From Squalus acanthias (taxonomy: Eukaryota): DNA of 64,000 nucleotides. The stretch is from contig JASTWF010000036.1 in assembly GCA_030390025.1 (NCBI GenBank), positions 1-64,000 on the forward strand. The letters are read 5' to 3'. Both the position numbers and the translations under genes were made by a program. Below, in pieces: positions 1-11,627 of the stretch (position 1 is the stretch's first letter; the number at the start of each line of letters is the position of its first letter). The notes under the pieces are model-generated. The model did no database searches, had not been told where the DNA came from, and saw nothing but the letters and a program-made list of their open reading frames with translations.

Positions 1-13
1 TTTTATATGTTTC

Positions 14-770
14 GATCAGATCCCCTCTCATTCTTCTATACTCCAGCGAGTATAAGCCCAATCGTCCCAATCTCTCCTCATATGTCATTCCTGCCATCCC
101 AGGTATCAGCCTTGTGAATCTTCGCTGAACTCCTTCCATGGCAAGAACATCCTTCCTCAGATAAGGCGACCAAAACTGCACACAGTACTCCAGGTGTGGT
201 CTCACCAAGGCCCTGTACAACTGCAGCAGACATCCTTGTTCCTGTACTCGAATCCTCTGGCTATGAAGGCCAACATACCATTTGCCTTCTTCACCGCCTG
301 CTGCACGATACCCGGACTCCAGGGGTTAAGTTACGAGGAGAGATTACACAAACTAGGGTTGTATTCCCCAGAATTTAGAAGGTTAAGGGGTGACCTGATC
401 GAAGTTTTCAAGATATTAAGGGGAACTGATAGGGTAGAGAGAGAGAGAGAGAAACTATTTCCGCTGGTTGGGGAGTCTAGGACTAGGGGACATAGTCTAA
501 AAATTAGAGCCAGACCTTTCAGGAGTGAAGTTAGGAAACACTTCTACACACAAAGGGTGGTAGAAGTTTGGAACTCTCTTCCGCAAACGGCAATTGATGC
601 TGGGGGTCAATTGTTAATTTTAAATCTGAGATTGATAGATTTCCGTTAACCAAAGGGTATTGAGGGATACGGGGCAAAGGCGGGTATATGGAGTTAGTTC
701 ACAGATCAGCCATGATCGCATTGAATGGCGGAACAGGCGCGAGGGGGGCTGAATGGCCTCCTCCTGTTCC
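14..770. mobile_element. Two abutting CR1 LINE 3' fragments (minus 14-305, plus 304-770)
   Basis: CR1 ORF2 C-terminal peptides (LSYEERL..LGLYS.EFRRLRGDLIE; RTRGHSLK; FYTQRVV..WNSLP). Confidence 0.85.
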
Positions 771-1168
771 TAATGTAACAGGCTCGAGGGGGGCTGAATG
801 GCCTCCTCCTGTTCCTAATGTAACAGGCTCGAGGGGGCTGAATGACCTCCTCCTGTTCCTAATGTAACAGGCTCGAGGGGGGCTGAATGACCTCCTCCTG
901 TTCCTGATGTAACAGGCTTGAGGGGGCTGAATGGCCTCCTCCTGTTCCTAATGTAACAGGCTCGAGGGGCTGAATGGCCTCCTCCTGTTCCTAATGTAAC
1001 AAGCTCTAGGGGGGCTGAATGGCTTCCTCCTGTTCCTAATGTAACAGGCTCGAGGGGCTGAATGGCCTCCTCCTGTTCCTAATGTAACAGTCTCGAGGGG
1101 CTGAATGGCCTCATCCTGTTCCTAATGTAACAGGCTCGAGGGGCTGAATGGCCTCATCCTGTTCCTAA
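730..1168 (+). repeat. 43-46 bp minisatellite derived from the CR1 3' end (TGTAACAGGCTCGAGGGGCTGAATGGCCTCCTCCTGTTCCTAA)
   Basis: About 10 tandem units continuing directly from the CR1 3'UTR. Confidence 0.9.
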
Positions 1169-1499
1169 CTCTTCCTAGATAACTCCACTCGGCTCCCTCA
1201 CACTGAGAGTCCTCGCTGGAGGGAGGGAGGGAGGGAGGGGGTGTTGGTGGGTGTGGGTTCCACAGTCTCCAGGTGTCCTCCTGTAGCTCACCTCCCCAGG
1301 ACAGGGGGTCTTCATTCATGTCTGAGCCCTGGTTATTTTATCCGTGAGAATCGTCACTGTTTAGTCTGATTATAGCGTCACTTTCCACACTCAGTCACAC
1401 TCTCTCTCTCACACACACTCTCTCTCACTCACACTCACAGGAGTCAAAATATCAGCCAGCGATCCCACTACTGAAAACAGTCCAGTGACTGCAGCTGAA

Positions 1500-1700
1500 A
1501 TGCACGTGTGTGTAAATGCGTGCATGTGTATGGGTGTGTGTTAGTGTGAGTGTGTGTTTGAAGTGAGTCAGTGAGAGTGAGCGTGTGCAATTGTGTTTGA
1601 GTGTAAGTGTGTGCATGAGCGTGCACGTGAGTGTGTAAGAGTGAGCGTGAGCGTGTGAGCGCGAGAGAGTGAGCGCGAGAGAGTGAGCGCGTGAGCGAGA
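1500..1700. repeat. Degenerate (TG/GA)n microsatellite
   Basis: Visible dinucleotide runs. Confidence 0.75.
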
Positions 1701-1882
1701 ACAGGATCGGTTGTGACGCCCCGATCTTGAGGAAGACACAACGTTGCACAGAAGCAGCAAACTGCAAGAGTTCCGAACTTCACGGCACTCGACCGTTACC
1801 GGCGTGTGTGCGGTTTGTGCTGAATCCTCTCGATTAGACGACACACCGACTGTACAAGGTCGGACAGAGTAATAGTCCTTAC

Positions 1883-1973
1883 CTCCCAGGTTCGGCAAAG
1901 CCTATTTACCGCACTGTTAGTGATACCAAACATGATGGCAAAGAATGAATTCATGTTCCTCTGTTCTTTACAA
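1883..1973 (-). CDS. RAPGEF3: Epac1 CDC25 exon [30 protein letters not shown]
   Basis: ttgcag acceptor, GTAAG donor; RasGEF NSFFA..GL..S.V.RL..TW signature. Confidence 0.96.
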
Positions 1974-2009
1974 CTGCAACACACAGAAAGAGGAACAAGG
2001 ATTAGAACC

Positions 2010-2858
2010 ACGGCTTACACAGAGTAAAGCTCCCTCTACACTGTCCCCATCAAACACTCCCAGGGCAGGTACAGCACGGGTTAGATACAGAGTAAAGCTC
2101 CCTCTACACTGTCCCCATCAAACACTCCCAGGGCAGGTACAGCACGGGGTTAGATACAGAGTAAAGCTCCCTCTACACTGTCCCATCAAACACTCCCAGG
2201 GCAGGTACAGCACGGGGTTAGATACAGAGTAAAGCTCCCTCTACACTGTCCCCATCAAACACTCCCAGGGCAGGTACAGCATGGGGTTAGATACAGAGTA
2301 AAGCTCCCTCTACACTGTCCCATCAAACACTCCCAGGGCAGGTACAGCACGGGGTTAGATACAGAGTAAAGCTCCCTCTACACTGTCCCATCAAACACTC
2401 CCAGAGCAGGTAGAGCACGGCTTAGATACAGAGTAAAGCTCCCTCTACACTGACCCATCAAACACTCCCAGGGCAGGTACAGCACGGGTTAGATACAGAG
2501 TAAATCTCCCTCTACACTGTCCCATCAAACACTCCCAGGGCAGGTACAGCATGGGGTTAGATACAGAGTAAAGCTCCCTCTACACTGTCCCCATCAAACA
2601 CTCCCAGGGCAGGTACAGCAGAGGTTAGATACAGAGTAAAGCTCCCTCTACACTGACCCATCAAACACTCCCAGGGCAGGTACAGCACGGGGTTAGATAC
2701 AGAGTAAAGCTCCCTCTACACTGTCCCATCAAACACTCCCAGGACAGGTACAGCACGGGGTTAGATACAGAGTAAAGCTCCCTCTACACCGTCCCCATCA
2801 AACACTCCCAGGGCAGGTACAGCACGGGGTTAGATACAGAGTAAAGCTCCCTCTACAC
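2010..2858 (+). repeat. 68-69 bp minisatellite (ACAGAGTAAAGCTCCCTCTACACTGTCCCCATCAAACACTCCCAGGGCAGGTACAGCACGGGTTAGAT), about 12 units
   Basis: Tandem units fill nearly the whole intron. Confidence 0.95.
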
Positions 2859-2910
2859 AATTTCTCCTCCCACACCCCCAGTGCCTACACCCCCACCCCC
2901 AGTAACTTAC

Positions 2911-3092
2911 CAGGCTGCGATCTTGATCAGCTTCTTTAGGAGGAGGGCTCGCTTGATGAGGTCTGCGCACAAGCAGATCTCGCTGGCCGCCCAGAACTGG
3001 ATCTCGTTGAACCTCCGCAGGTACCTCTCCAGATTGGCGGTCGTTCCTCTCCCGGGCACGTGCTTTCCGAAGAAGTAGTAGATCAGCTCGAT
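2911..3092 (-). CDS. RAPGEF3: Epac1 CDC25 exon [60 protein letters not shown]
   Basis: cacag acceptor, GTAAGT donor; TTANLE..RRFNE motif. Confidence 0.96.
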
Positions 3093-3149
3093 CTGTGAAT
3101 CGAGGCTTTGGGTTATTTCTGATCGCTGTAACCTCCCCCAGCTCACCAC

Positions 3150-3690
3150 CTCCCTCTCCCCCAGCACCCCACTCTCTCCCCCAGCGCCCACTCTTTCTCC
3201 ACCGAGCCCCACTCTCTCTCCCCCGCGCTCGCTCCCCCAGCGCCACCCACTCTCTCCCCCAGCGCCACCCACTCTCTCCCCCAGTGCCACTCACTCTCTC
3301 CCCCAGCGCCACCCACTCTCTCCCCCAGCGCCACCCACTCTCTCTCCCCAGAGCCCCAATTTTTCTCCCCCAGCGCCCCAATTTCTCTCCCCCAGCGCCC
3401 TCACTCTATCCCCCAGCGCCACCCACACTCTCTCCCCAGCACCCCAATCTCTCTCCCCAGCGCCCTCACTCTCTCCCCCAGTGCCACCCACTCTCTCTCC
3501 CCAGCGCCCCAATCTCTCTCCCCAGCGCCCCAATCTCTCTCCCCAGCGCCCCAATCTCTCTCCCCAGCGCCTCCCACTCTCTCCCCCAGTGCCCCACTTT
3601 CTCTCTCTCTCTCCCCAGCGACCCACTCTCTTTCTCTCCCCCCAATGCCCCACTCTCTCTACACCCCACGCCCTACACCCCACTCTCTCC
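3150..3690 (+). repeat. C/T-rich ~21-23 bp minisatellite (CCCCAGCGCCCCAATCTCTCT)
   Basis: Degenerate tandem units. Confidence 0.85.
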
Positions 3691-3818
3691 CCTCCGCGCC
3701 CACTCTACCAACCTGACCCCCCGCACCCCCGTACCCCCATATCCGTACCCCATACCCACCCACCCCTCACCATTCAGCCCTGGGGCATTCCTGTTGTGCG
3801 TTCATGACCCCACATTAC

Positions 3819-3944
3819 CTCGTGGACACAACCGAAGAGATTCCAGTCATACTCTGTCAGGTGATTGGCCAGTTCCTTGGAGCTGATGACTTCAAGAGCG
3901 GCGATGGTCCCCGTGGTCGGACACTGCTGCTCCGGGTGGGGTAC
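3819..3944 (-). CDS. RAPGEF3: Epac1 CDC25 exon VPHPEQQCPTTGTIAALEVISSKELANHLTEYDWNLFGCVHE
   Basis: cctcag acceptor, GTAATG donor; matches human IPHPDQLGPTVGS...LTDHDWSLFNSIHQ. Confidence 0.95.
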
Positions 3945-4043
3945 CTGAGGAACACCGGCTGCTCATTACATCAATACCCAACGGGCAGGGTGAGGTCAAT
4001 AGAGGGGCAAGAGGAACATGGGTTGGAGAGGGAGATGGAGAAG

Positions 4044-7000
4044 ACTGGGTGAGTGTGATGTTGGGTTGGGTGAGTGAGATGTTGGGTTGGGTGAGTGAGA
4101 TGTTGGGCTGGGTGAGTGTGATGTTGGGTTGGGTGAGTGTGATGTTGGGTTGGGTGAGTGTGATGTTGGACTGGGTGAGTGTGATGTTGGACTGGGTGAG
4201 TGTGATGTTGGACTGGGTGAGTGTGATGTTGGACTGGGTGAGTGTGATGTTGGACTGGGTGAGTGTGATGTTGGACTGGGTGAGTGTGATGTTGGGTGAG
4301 TGTGATGTTGGACTGGGGGAGTGTGATGTTGGGTGAGTGTGATGTTGGGCTGGGTGAGTGTGATGTTGGGTTGGGTGAGTGTGATGTTGGGTTGGGTGAG
4401 TGTGATGTTGGACTGGGGGAGTGTGATGTTGGGTGAGTGTGATGTTGGGCTGGGTGAGTGTGATGTTGGGCTGGGTGAGTGTGATGTTGGGTTGGGTGAG
4501 TGTGATGTTGGGTTGGGTGAGTGGGATGTTGGACTGGGTGAGTGTGATGTTGGACTGGGTGAGTGTGATGTTGGACTGGGTGAGTGTGATGTTGGACTGG
4601 GTGAGTGTGATGTTGGACTGGGTGAGTGTGATGTTGGACTGGGTGAGTGTGATGTTGGACTGGGTGAGTGTGATGTTGGACTGGGTTAGTGTGATGTTGG
4701 ACTGGGTGAGTGTGATGTTGGGTGAGTGTGATGTTGGACTGGGGGAGTGTGATGTTGGGTGAGTGTGATGTTGGGTGAGTGTGATGTTGGGCTGGGTGAG
4801 TGTGATGTTGGGCTGGGTGAGTGTGATGTCGGGTTGGGTGAGTGAGATGTCGGGTTGGGTGAGTGTGATGTCGGGTTGGGTGAGTGAGATGTAGGGCTGG
4901 GTTAGTGTGATGTTGGGCTGGGTTAGTGTGATGTTGGGCTGGGTGAGTGAGATGTCGGGTTGGGTGAGTGTGATGTCGGACTGGGTGAGTGAGATGTTGG
5001 GTGAGTGTGATGTTAGAACATAAGAACATAAGAAATAGGAGCAGGAGTAGGCCAATCGGCCCCTTGAGCCTGCTCCGCCATTCAATAAGATCATGGCTGA
5101 TCTGATCCTAACCGCCAAGTGAGATGTCGGGTTGGGTGAGTGTGATGTCGGGTTGGGTGAGTGAGATGTAGGGCTGGGTTAGTGTGATGTTGGGCTGGGT
5201 TAGTGTGATGTTGGGCTGGGTGAGTGTGATGTTGGGCTGGGTGAGTGTGATGTTGGGCTGGGTGAGTGTGATGTTGGGTGAGTGTGATGTTGGACTGGGT
5301 GAGTGAGATGTTGGGTGAGTGTGATGTTGGGTGAGTGTGATGTTGTGTGAGTGTGATGTTGTGTGAGTGTGATGTTGGGCTGGGTGAGTGTGATGTCGGA
5401 CTGGGTGAGTGAGATGTCGGGCTGGGTGAGTGTGATGTCGGGCTGGGTGAGTGTGATGTCGGGCTGGGTGAGTGTGATGTCGAGCTGGGTGAGTGTGATG
5501 TTGGGTGAGTGTGATGTTGTGTGAGTGTGATGTTGGGCTGGGTGAGTGAGATGTTGGGCTGGGTGAGTGTGATGTCGGGTTGGGTGAGTGTGATGTCGGG
5601 TTGGGTGAGTGTGATGCCGGGCTGGGTGAGTGTGATGTTGGGTGAGTGCGATGTTGGGCTGGGTGAGTGTGATGTCGGGCTGGGTGAGTGTGATGTCGGG
5701 CTGGGTGAGTGTGATGTCGGGCTGGGTGAGTGTGAGGTTGGGCTGGGTGAGTGTGATGTTGGGCTGGGTGAGTGTGATGTTGGGCTGGGTGAGTGTGATG
5801 TTGGGCTGGGTGAGTGTGATGTCGGACTGGGTGAGTGAGATGTTGGGTGAGTGTGATGTTGGGCTGGGTGAGTGTGATGTTGGGCTGGGCGAGTGTGATG
5901 TTGGGCTGGGTGAGTGTGATGTTGGGCTGGGTGAGTGTGATGTTGGGCTGGGTGAGTGTGATGTTGGGCTGGGTGAGTGTGATGTTGGGCTGGGTGAGTG
6001 TGATGTTGGGCTGGGTGAGTGTGATGTTGGGCGAGTGTGATGTTGGGTGAGTGTGATGTTGGGCTGGGTGAGTGTGATGTTGGACTGGGTGAGTGTGATG
6101 TTGGGCTGGGTGAGTGTGATGTTGGGCGAGTGTGATGTTGGGTTGGGTGAGTGTGATGTTGGGTGAGTGTGATGTTGGGCGAGTGTGATGTTGGGTGAGT
6201 GTGATGTTGGGCTGGGTGAGTGTGATGTTGGACTGGGTGAGTGTGATGTTGGGCTGGGTGAGTGTGATGTTGGGCTGGGTGAGTGTGATGTTGGACTGGG
6301 TGAGTGTGATGTTGGACTGGGTGAGTGTGATGTTGGACTGGGTGAGTGTGATGTTGGACTGGTTGAGTGAGATGTCAGACTGGGTGAGTGTGATGTCAGA
6401 CTGGGTGAGTGTGATGTTGGGCTGGTTGAGTGAGATGTCAGACTGGGTGAGTGTGATGTCAGACTGGGTGAGTGTGATGTTGGACTGGGTGAGTGTGATG
6501 TTGGGCTGGGTGAGTGTGATGTTGGACTGGGTGAGTGTGATGTTGGGCTGGGTGAGTGTGATGTTGGGCGAGTGTGATGTTGGGTTGGGTGAGTGTGATG
6601 TTGGGTTGGGTGAGTGTGATGTTGGGCTGGGTGAGTGTGATGTTGGACTGGGTGAGTGTGATGTTGGACTGGGTGAGTGTGATGTTGGACTGGGTGAGTG
6701 TGATGTTGGGCTGGGTGAGTGTGATGTTGGGTGAGTGTGATGTCGGACTGGTTGAGTGAGATGTCAGACTGGGTGAGTGTGATGTCAGACTGGGTGAGTG
6801 TGATGTCAGACTGGGTGAGTGTGATGTTGGACTGGGTGAGTGTGATGTCGGACTGGTTGAGTGTGATGTCAGACTGGGTGAGTGTGATGTCAGACTGGGT
6901 GAGTGTGATGTTGGACTGGGTGAGTGAGATGTCAGACTGGGTGAGTGTGATGTTGGACTGGGTGAGTGTGATGTTGGACTGGGTGAGTGTGATGTCAGAC

Positions 7001-7262
7001 TGGGTGAGTGAGATGTTGGACTGGGTGAGTGAGATGTTGGGTGAGTGTGATGTTGGACTGGGTGAGTGTGATGTTGGGCTGGGTGAGTGAGATGTCAGAC
7101 TGGGTGAGTGTGATGTCGGACTGGTTGAGTGTGATGTCGGACTGGTTGAGTGAGATGTCGGACTGGGTGAGGGTGATGTCGGACTGGTTGAGTGAGATGT
7201 CGGACTGGTTGAGTGAGATGTCGGACTGGTTGAGTGAGATGTCGGACTGGTTGAGTGTGATG
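4044..7262 (+). repeat. 21-bp minisatellite (GGGTGAGTGTGATGTTGG[A/G]CT) with 16-bp variants
   Basis: 3.2 kb of tandem units occupying almost the entire intron. Confidence 0.97.
5015..5118 (-). mobile_element. ~100-bp CR1 3'-end insertion inside the 21-bp array
   Basis: Reverse-complemented CR1 tail (AGAACATA)n and GGAGCAGGAGTAGGCC stem. Confidence 0.85.
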
Positions 7263-7285
7263 CAATAGATGATGAAGACATTTAC

Positions 7286-7383
7286 CAGTGTTTTCTGTTG
7301 GTCCCTGTTGCAGAAGTAGATCCGCTCGTTCAGGCGAAGTGAAGTGTAAACCGATCTATCAGAGGGCCTCAGCTCAACCTGGT
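7286..7383 (-). CDS. RAPGEF3: Epac1 exon (D)QVELRPSDRSVYTSLRLNERIYFCNRDQQKTL
   Basis: ttgcag acceptor, GTAAA donor; matches human LQPDARGVATSLGLNERLF. Confidence 0.93.
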
Positions 7384-7607
7384 CTGCAAGAGAAACATTC
7401 TATGTCATTCCTCCACTCCCAGCCCACAAGTCATCCGTGGCTAAGTTGGTAGCGTAAATCTGAGTCAGAAGGTTGTGGGTTCACAGTCTCAAGATAAGGG
7501 GTTGGCCAATTAGGACTCATGATGTGGAGATGCTGGTGTTGGACTGGGGTGGACAAATATGAGAAGTCGCACAACACCAGGTTATAGTCCAACAGCTTTA
7601 TTTGAAA

Positions 7608-7645
7608 TCACAAGCTTTCGGAGCGGCTGCTCCTTCGTCAGGTGA
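7608..7645 (-). ncRNA. Minimal type I hammerhead ribozyme motif (sense to RAPGEF3 pre-mRNA)
   Basis: UCAC-CUGACGA-A-GGAGC(AGCC)GCUCC-GAAA-GC-UU-GUGA: core boxes, stems I and II, palindromic AAGCUU in place of stem III. Confidence 0.75.
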
Positions 7646-7731
7646 AGTGAAGAGATGCATATAGGCACAGCATATATAGTCAGAGAACACTGCCAGACTA
7701 TATACGCTGTGCCTATATGCATCTCTTCACT

Positions 7732-7768
7732 TCACCTGACGAAGGAGCAGCGCTCCGAAAGCTTGTGA
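7732..7768 (+). ncRNA. Minimal type I hammerhead ribozyme motif
   Basis: TCAC-CTGACGA-A-GGAGC(AGC)GCTCC-GAAA-GC-TT-GTGA. Confidence 0.75.
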
Positions 7769-8202
7769 TTTCAAATAAAGCTGTTGGACTATAACCTGGT
7801 GTTGTGCGACTTCTCAAATTAGGACTGAGATCAGGAGAAATCTCTTCACTCAGAGGGCGGTGAATCTTTGTAATTCTCTGCCCCAGAGGGCTGTGGAGGC
7901 TCAGTCGTTGAGTATATTCAAGACCGAGATCAATAGATTTTTGGACTCTCGGGGAATCGAGGGATCGGGCGGGAAAGTGGAGTTGAGGTCGATGATCAGC
8001 CATGATCTCATTGAATGGTGGAGCAGGCTCGAGGGGCCGAATGGCCTCCTCCTGCTCCTGTTTCATATGTTCTTACGGTCAAGGGGCAATGAGGGGATGG
8101 GCAATAAATGCTGCCCCTGCCAGCGACGCCCAAATCCTGTGAATGAATAAAAAAATAAAAATCTCGACAACACTCTGAATGGGGGAAAAAAAGTTCTCAT
8201 CT

Positions 8203-8650
8203 CATATGAGGAGAGATTGGGTCGATTGGGCTTATATTCGCTAGAGTTTAGAAGAATGAGAGGGGATCTCATTGAAACTTATTAAATTCTAACAGGACTA
8301 GACAGACTGGATGCAGGAAGGATGTTCCCGATGGCGGGGGAGTCCAGAACCAGGGGTCACAGTCTAAGGATAAGGGGTAAGCCATTTAGGACTGAGATGA
8401 GGAGGAATTTCTTCACCCAGAGAGTGGTGAACCTGTGGAATTCTCTGCCCCAGAAGGCAGTAGAGGCCAATTCATTATATAGATTCAAGAAGGAGTTAGA
8501 TATATTTCTTAAGGCTAAAGGGATCAAGGGATATGGGGAGAAAGCAGGGACAGGGTACGGAGTTTGGATGATCAGCCATGATCGCATTGAATGGCGGAGC
8601 AGGCTCGAGGGGCCGAATGGCCTACTCCTGCTCCTATCTTTCTCTGTTTC
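8203..8650 (+). mobile_element. CR1 LINE 3' fragment
   Basis: ORF2 C-terminus plus 3'UTR, ending about 20 bp from the exon donor. Confidence 0.9.
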
Positions 8651-8673
8651 CCCTGCGTGACCCCAGTACTCAC

Positions 8674-8820
8674 CCCCAGCTGAATTGAGTTGCACCAGAA
8701 TATGTTCTCCTCGACAGGCACAGTCCTCCTCCAGGACAGAGATCAGTTCTCGCACGGAAGATCCCACAGGCAGAAGCAAGCGCAGGAGCGAATGGTCCGG
8801 TCGATGTATCTGGTAAACAA
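8674..8820 (-). CDS. RAPGEF3: Epac1 RA-domain exon VYQIHRPDHSLLRLLLPVGSSVRELISVLEEDCACRGEHILVQLNSAG
   Basis: ttgcag acceptor, GTGAGT donor; matches human YDICRPDHSVLTLQLPVTASVREV...VKVNSAG. Confidence 0.95.
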
Positions 8821-8908
8821 CTGCAAGGGGCACGAGGACACAGGGAAAGGTTAGTGAGGTACGGGAGTGAGGGGACTCTCCATTTGTCCCCGGACACACC
8901 CGCTGCGA

Positions 8909-9780
8909 TACTGAAAGCAAACATGCAGGTGCTGCAAGCAGTTGGGAAGGCAAATGGCATGTTGGCCTTCATTGCAAGAGGATTTGAGTACAGGAGCAAG
9001 GATGTCTTACTACAGTTATACAGGGCCTTGGTGAGACCACACCTGGAGTACTGTGTGCAGTTTTGGTCTCCTTACCTAAGAAAGGATAGACTTGCCATAG
9101 AGATACAGTCCAAAGATGTGCGGGTTAGGTTGATTTGGGCTATGATAAATTGACCCTTAGTGTTAGGGGGGGGATTAAATACGTGGGGTTACGGGGATAG
9201 GGTGGGATATGTGTCGGTGCAGGCTCGATGGGCCGAAATGGCCTCTATCTGCACTGTGGGGATTCTGTGATTCTGTGATTGAGAGAATGCAGCAAAGGAT
9301 CACCAGACTGATTCCTGGGATGGCAGGACTGTCGTATGAGGAGAGATTGGGTCGACTAGGCCTGTATTCACTAGAGTTTAGAAGAATGAGAGGGGATCAC
9401 ATTGAAACGTATAAAATTCTGACAGGGCTAGACAGACTGGATGCAGGGAGGATGTTTCCCCTGGCTGGGGGGTCGAGAACGAGGGGTCACAGTCTCAAGA
9501 TACGGGGTAGGACATTTAGGACTGAGATGAGGAGAAATGTCTTCACTCAGAGGGTGGTGAACCTGTGGAATTCTCTACCACAGAAGGCTGTGGAGGCCAA
9601 GTCACTGAATATATTTAAGAAGGAGATAGATAGATTTCTAGACACAAAAGGCATCAAGGGGTATGGGGAGAGAGCAGGAATATGGTATTGAGATAGAGGA
9701 TCAGCCATGATCATATTGAATGGCGGAGCAGGCTCGAAGGGCCGACTCCTGCTCCTATGTTTCTATGTTTCAATGTTTCT
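8909..9780 (+). mobile_element. CR1 LINE 3' fragment with nested SINE
   Basis: [24 protein letters not shown] peptides; (TATGTTTC)n tail. Confidence 0.9.
9103..9280 (+). mobile_element. 5'-truncated HE1/V-SINE-like element
   Basis: CAGTCCAAAGATGTGCGGGTTAGG core plus CR1-like tail (ATTCTGTG)n; family name is from recall. Confidence 0.6.
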
Positions 9781-9804
9781 ACTGAACTGCACAAATAATT
9801 GCAA

Positions 9805-10040
9805 ATTATAAAGCGCCTTTAATGTAGTAAAACGTCCCAAGGCGCTTCACAGGAGCGATTATCAAACAAAATTTGACACCGAGCCACATCAGGAGATATT
9901 AGCACAGGTGACCAAAAGCTTGGTCGAAGAAGGAGGTTTTAAGGAGGGTCTTAAAGGAGGAGAGAGAGAGAGCGGCGGAGAGGTTCAGGGAGGGAATTCC
10001 AGAGCTTCGAGCCCAGGCGGCTGAAGGCACGGCCGCCAAT
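9805..10040 (-). mobile_element. L2-type LINE 3' end
   Basis: Frameshifted AP.LWNSLP..SLSSFKTLLKT.LFDQAF-type C-terminus; same family as 53165-55665. Confidence 0.75.
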
Positions 10041-10044
10041 GATT

Positions 10045-11355
10045 CGATTCCCCACTCCAGAAACTGGAGCACATAATCCACGCCAACACTCCTGGTGCAG
10101 TGCTGAGGGAGTGCCGCACTGTCGGAGGGGCAGTGCTCAGGGAGCACCGCACTGTCGGAGGGGCGGTACTGAGGGAGCGCCGCACTGTCGGAGGGGCGGT
10201 ATTGAGGGAGCGCCGCACTGTCGGAGGGGCGGTACTGAGGGAGCGCCGCACTGTCAGAGGGGCGGTACTGAAGGAGCGCCGCACTGTCGGAGGGGCGGTA
10301 CTGAGAGAGCGCCGCACTGTCGGAGGGGCGGTACTGAGGGAGCGCCGCGCTGTCGGAGGGCCGGTACTGAGGGAGCGCCGCACTGTCGGAGGGGCGGTAC
10401 TGAAGGAGCGCCGCACTGTCGGAGGGGCAGTACTGAGGGAGCGCCGCACTGTCGGAGGGGCGGTACTGAGGGAGCGCCGCGCTGTCGGAGGGCCGGTACT
10501 GAGGGAGCGCCGCACTGTCGGAGGGGCAGGACTGAGGGAGCGCCGCACTGTCGCAGGGGGCAGTACTGAGGGAGCGCCGCACTGTCGGAGGGGCAGGACT
10601 GAGGGAGCGCCGCACTGTCGGAGGGGGCAGTACTGAGGGAGCGCCGCACTGTCGGAGGGGCAGGACTGAGGGAGCGCCGCACTGTCGGAGATGGCAGTAC
10701 TGAGGGAGCGCCGTACTGTCGGAGGGGCGGTACTGAGGGAGCGCCGCACTGTCGGAGGGGCAGTACTGAGGGAGCGCCGCACTGTCGGAGGGGCGATACT
10801 GAGGGAGCGCCGCACTGTCGGAGGGGCAGTACTGAGGGAGCGCCGCACTGTCGGAGGGGCAGTACTGAGGGAGCGCTACGCTGTCGGAGGGGCGGTACTG
10901 AGGGAGCGCCACACTGTCGGAGGGGCGGTACTGTGGGAGCGCCGCACTGTCGGAGGGGCGGTACTGAGGGAGCGCCGCACTGTCGGAGGGGCAGTACTGA
11001 GGGAGAGCTGCACTGTCAGAGGACCCGTCTTTCGGATGAGACGTTAAACCGAGGCCCCGTCTGCTCTCTCAGGTGGATGTAAAAGATCCCATGGCCACTA
11101 TTTCAATGAAGAGTAGGGGGGAGTTCTCCCCGGTGTCCTGGGGCCAATATTTATCCCTCAACCAACATCACCAGAAACAGATGATCTGGTCATTATCGCG
11201 TTGCTGTTTGTGGGAGCTTGCTGTGCGCAAATTGGCTGCCGCGTTTCCTACATTACAACAGTGAATACACTTCAAAAAAAAGTACTTCATTGGCTGTGAA
11301 AGCACTTTGGGACATCCTGAGGTGGTGAAAGGCGCTGGAGAAATGTGAAGTTTAT
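10045..11355 (+). mobile_element. Deu-domain SINE (SacSINE1/AmnSINE1-like) with internal 33-bp array (10097-11022)
   Basis: Partial tRNA-like head, array, then CCGTCTTTCGGATGAGACGTTAAACCGAGG...GTGCGCAAATTGGCTGCC Deu domain. Confidence 0.85.
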
Positions 11356-11471
11356 CTGTGCTCGGTGTGGGGCTGGGGACGTCACTGGATAATGAGTTAC
11401 GGGCGGGGGCAGGGGGCGCTGGTGAGATGGGTGGACAGTAACTTGTTGAACGAGCTCCTATTTCGACCTAC

Positions 11472-11550
11472 TTTCAGTGCTAGCACTCAACCACTGGCTG
11501 TTGACCCCATCACTGTCCAGACTTGCAATCCAGTTCAAACTGTTCCGGAG
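11472..11550 (-). CDS. RAPGEF3: Epac1 exon LRNSLNWIASLDSDGVNSQWLSASTE(I)
   Basis: ttccacag acceptor, GTAGG donor; phase 0/1 bridges the neighbours exactly; weak similarity to human ARNLPVWLPNQDE. Confidence 0.8.
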
Positions 11551-11627
11551 CTGTGGAAAGATCGAGAAATCGCTTAACGTTTCGTGCAGAATTAACACTC
11601 AAATCTCCCGTACACAATCCTAAAATC

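Larger units (their letters stand above)
7518..7816. mobile_element. Non-coding Penelope-like element remnant: inverted pseudo-LTR pair with a 10-bp TSD
   Basis: TSD AATTAGGACT at 7508-7517 and 7817-7826; arms 7560-7681 and 7696-7816 are near-perfect inverted repeats; same sequence as the pLTR of the GIY-YIG-bearing element at 39973-41913. Confidence 0.88.
7482..8070 (+). mobile_element. CR1 3' fragment interrupted by a Penelope-like insertion
   Basis: CR1 sequence resumes across the AATTAGGACT duplication. Confidence 0.85.

Noticed and set aside
3892..7281. Mucin/antifreeze-like ORFs (ITLTQSN, SPTSH)
   Set aside because: Translations of the 21-bp intronic minisatellite.
10097..11022. CRISPR-like 33-bp repeats
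   Set aside because: Head-to-tail units with no unique spacers, no cas genes, and a vertebrate SINE origin.
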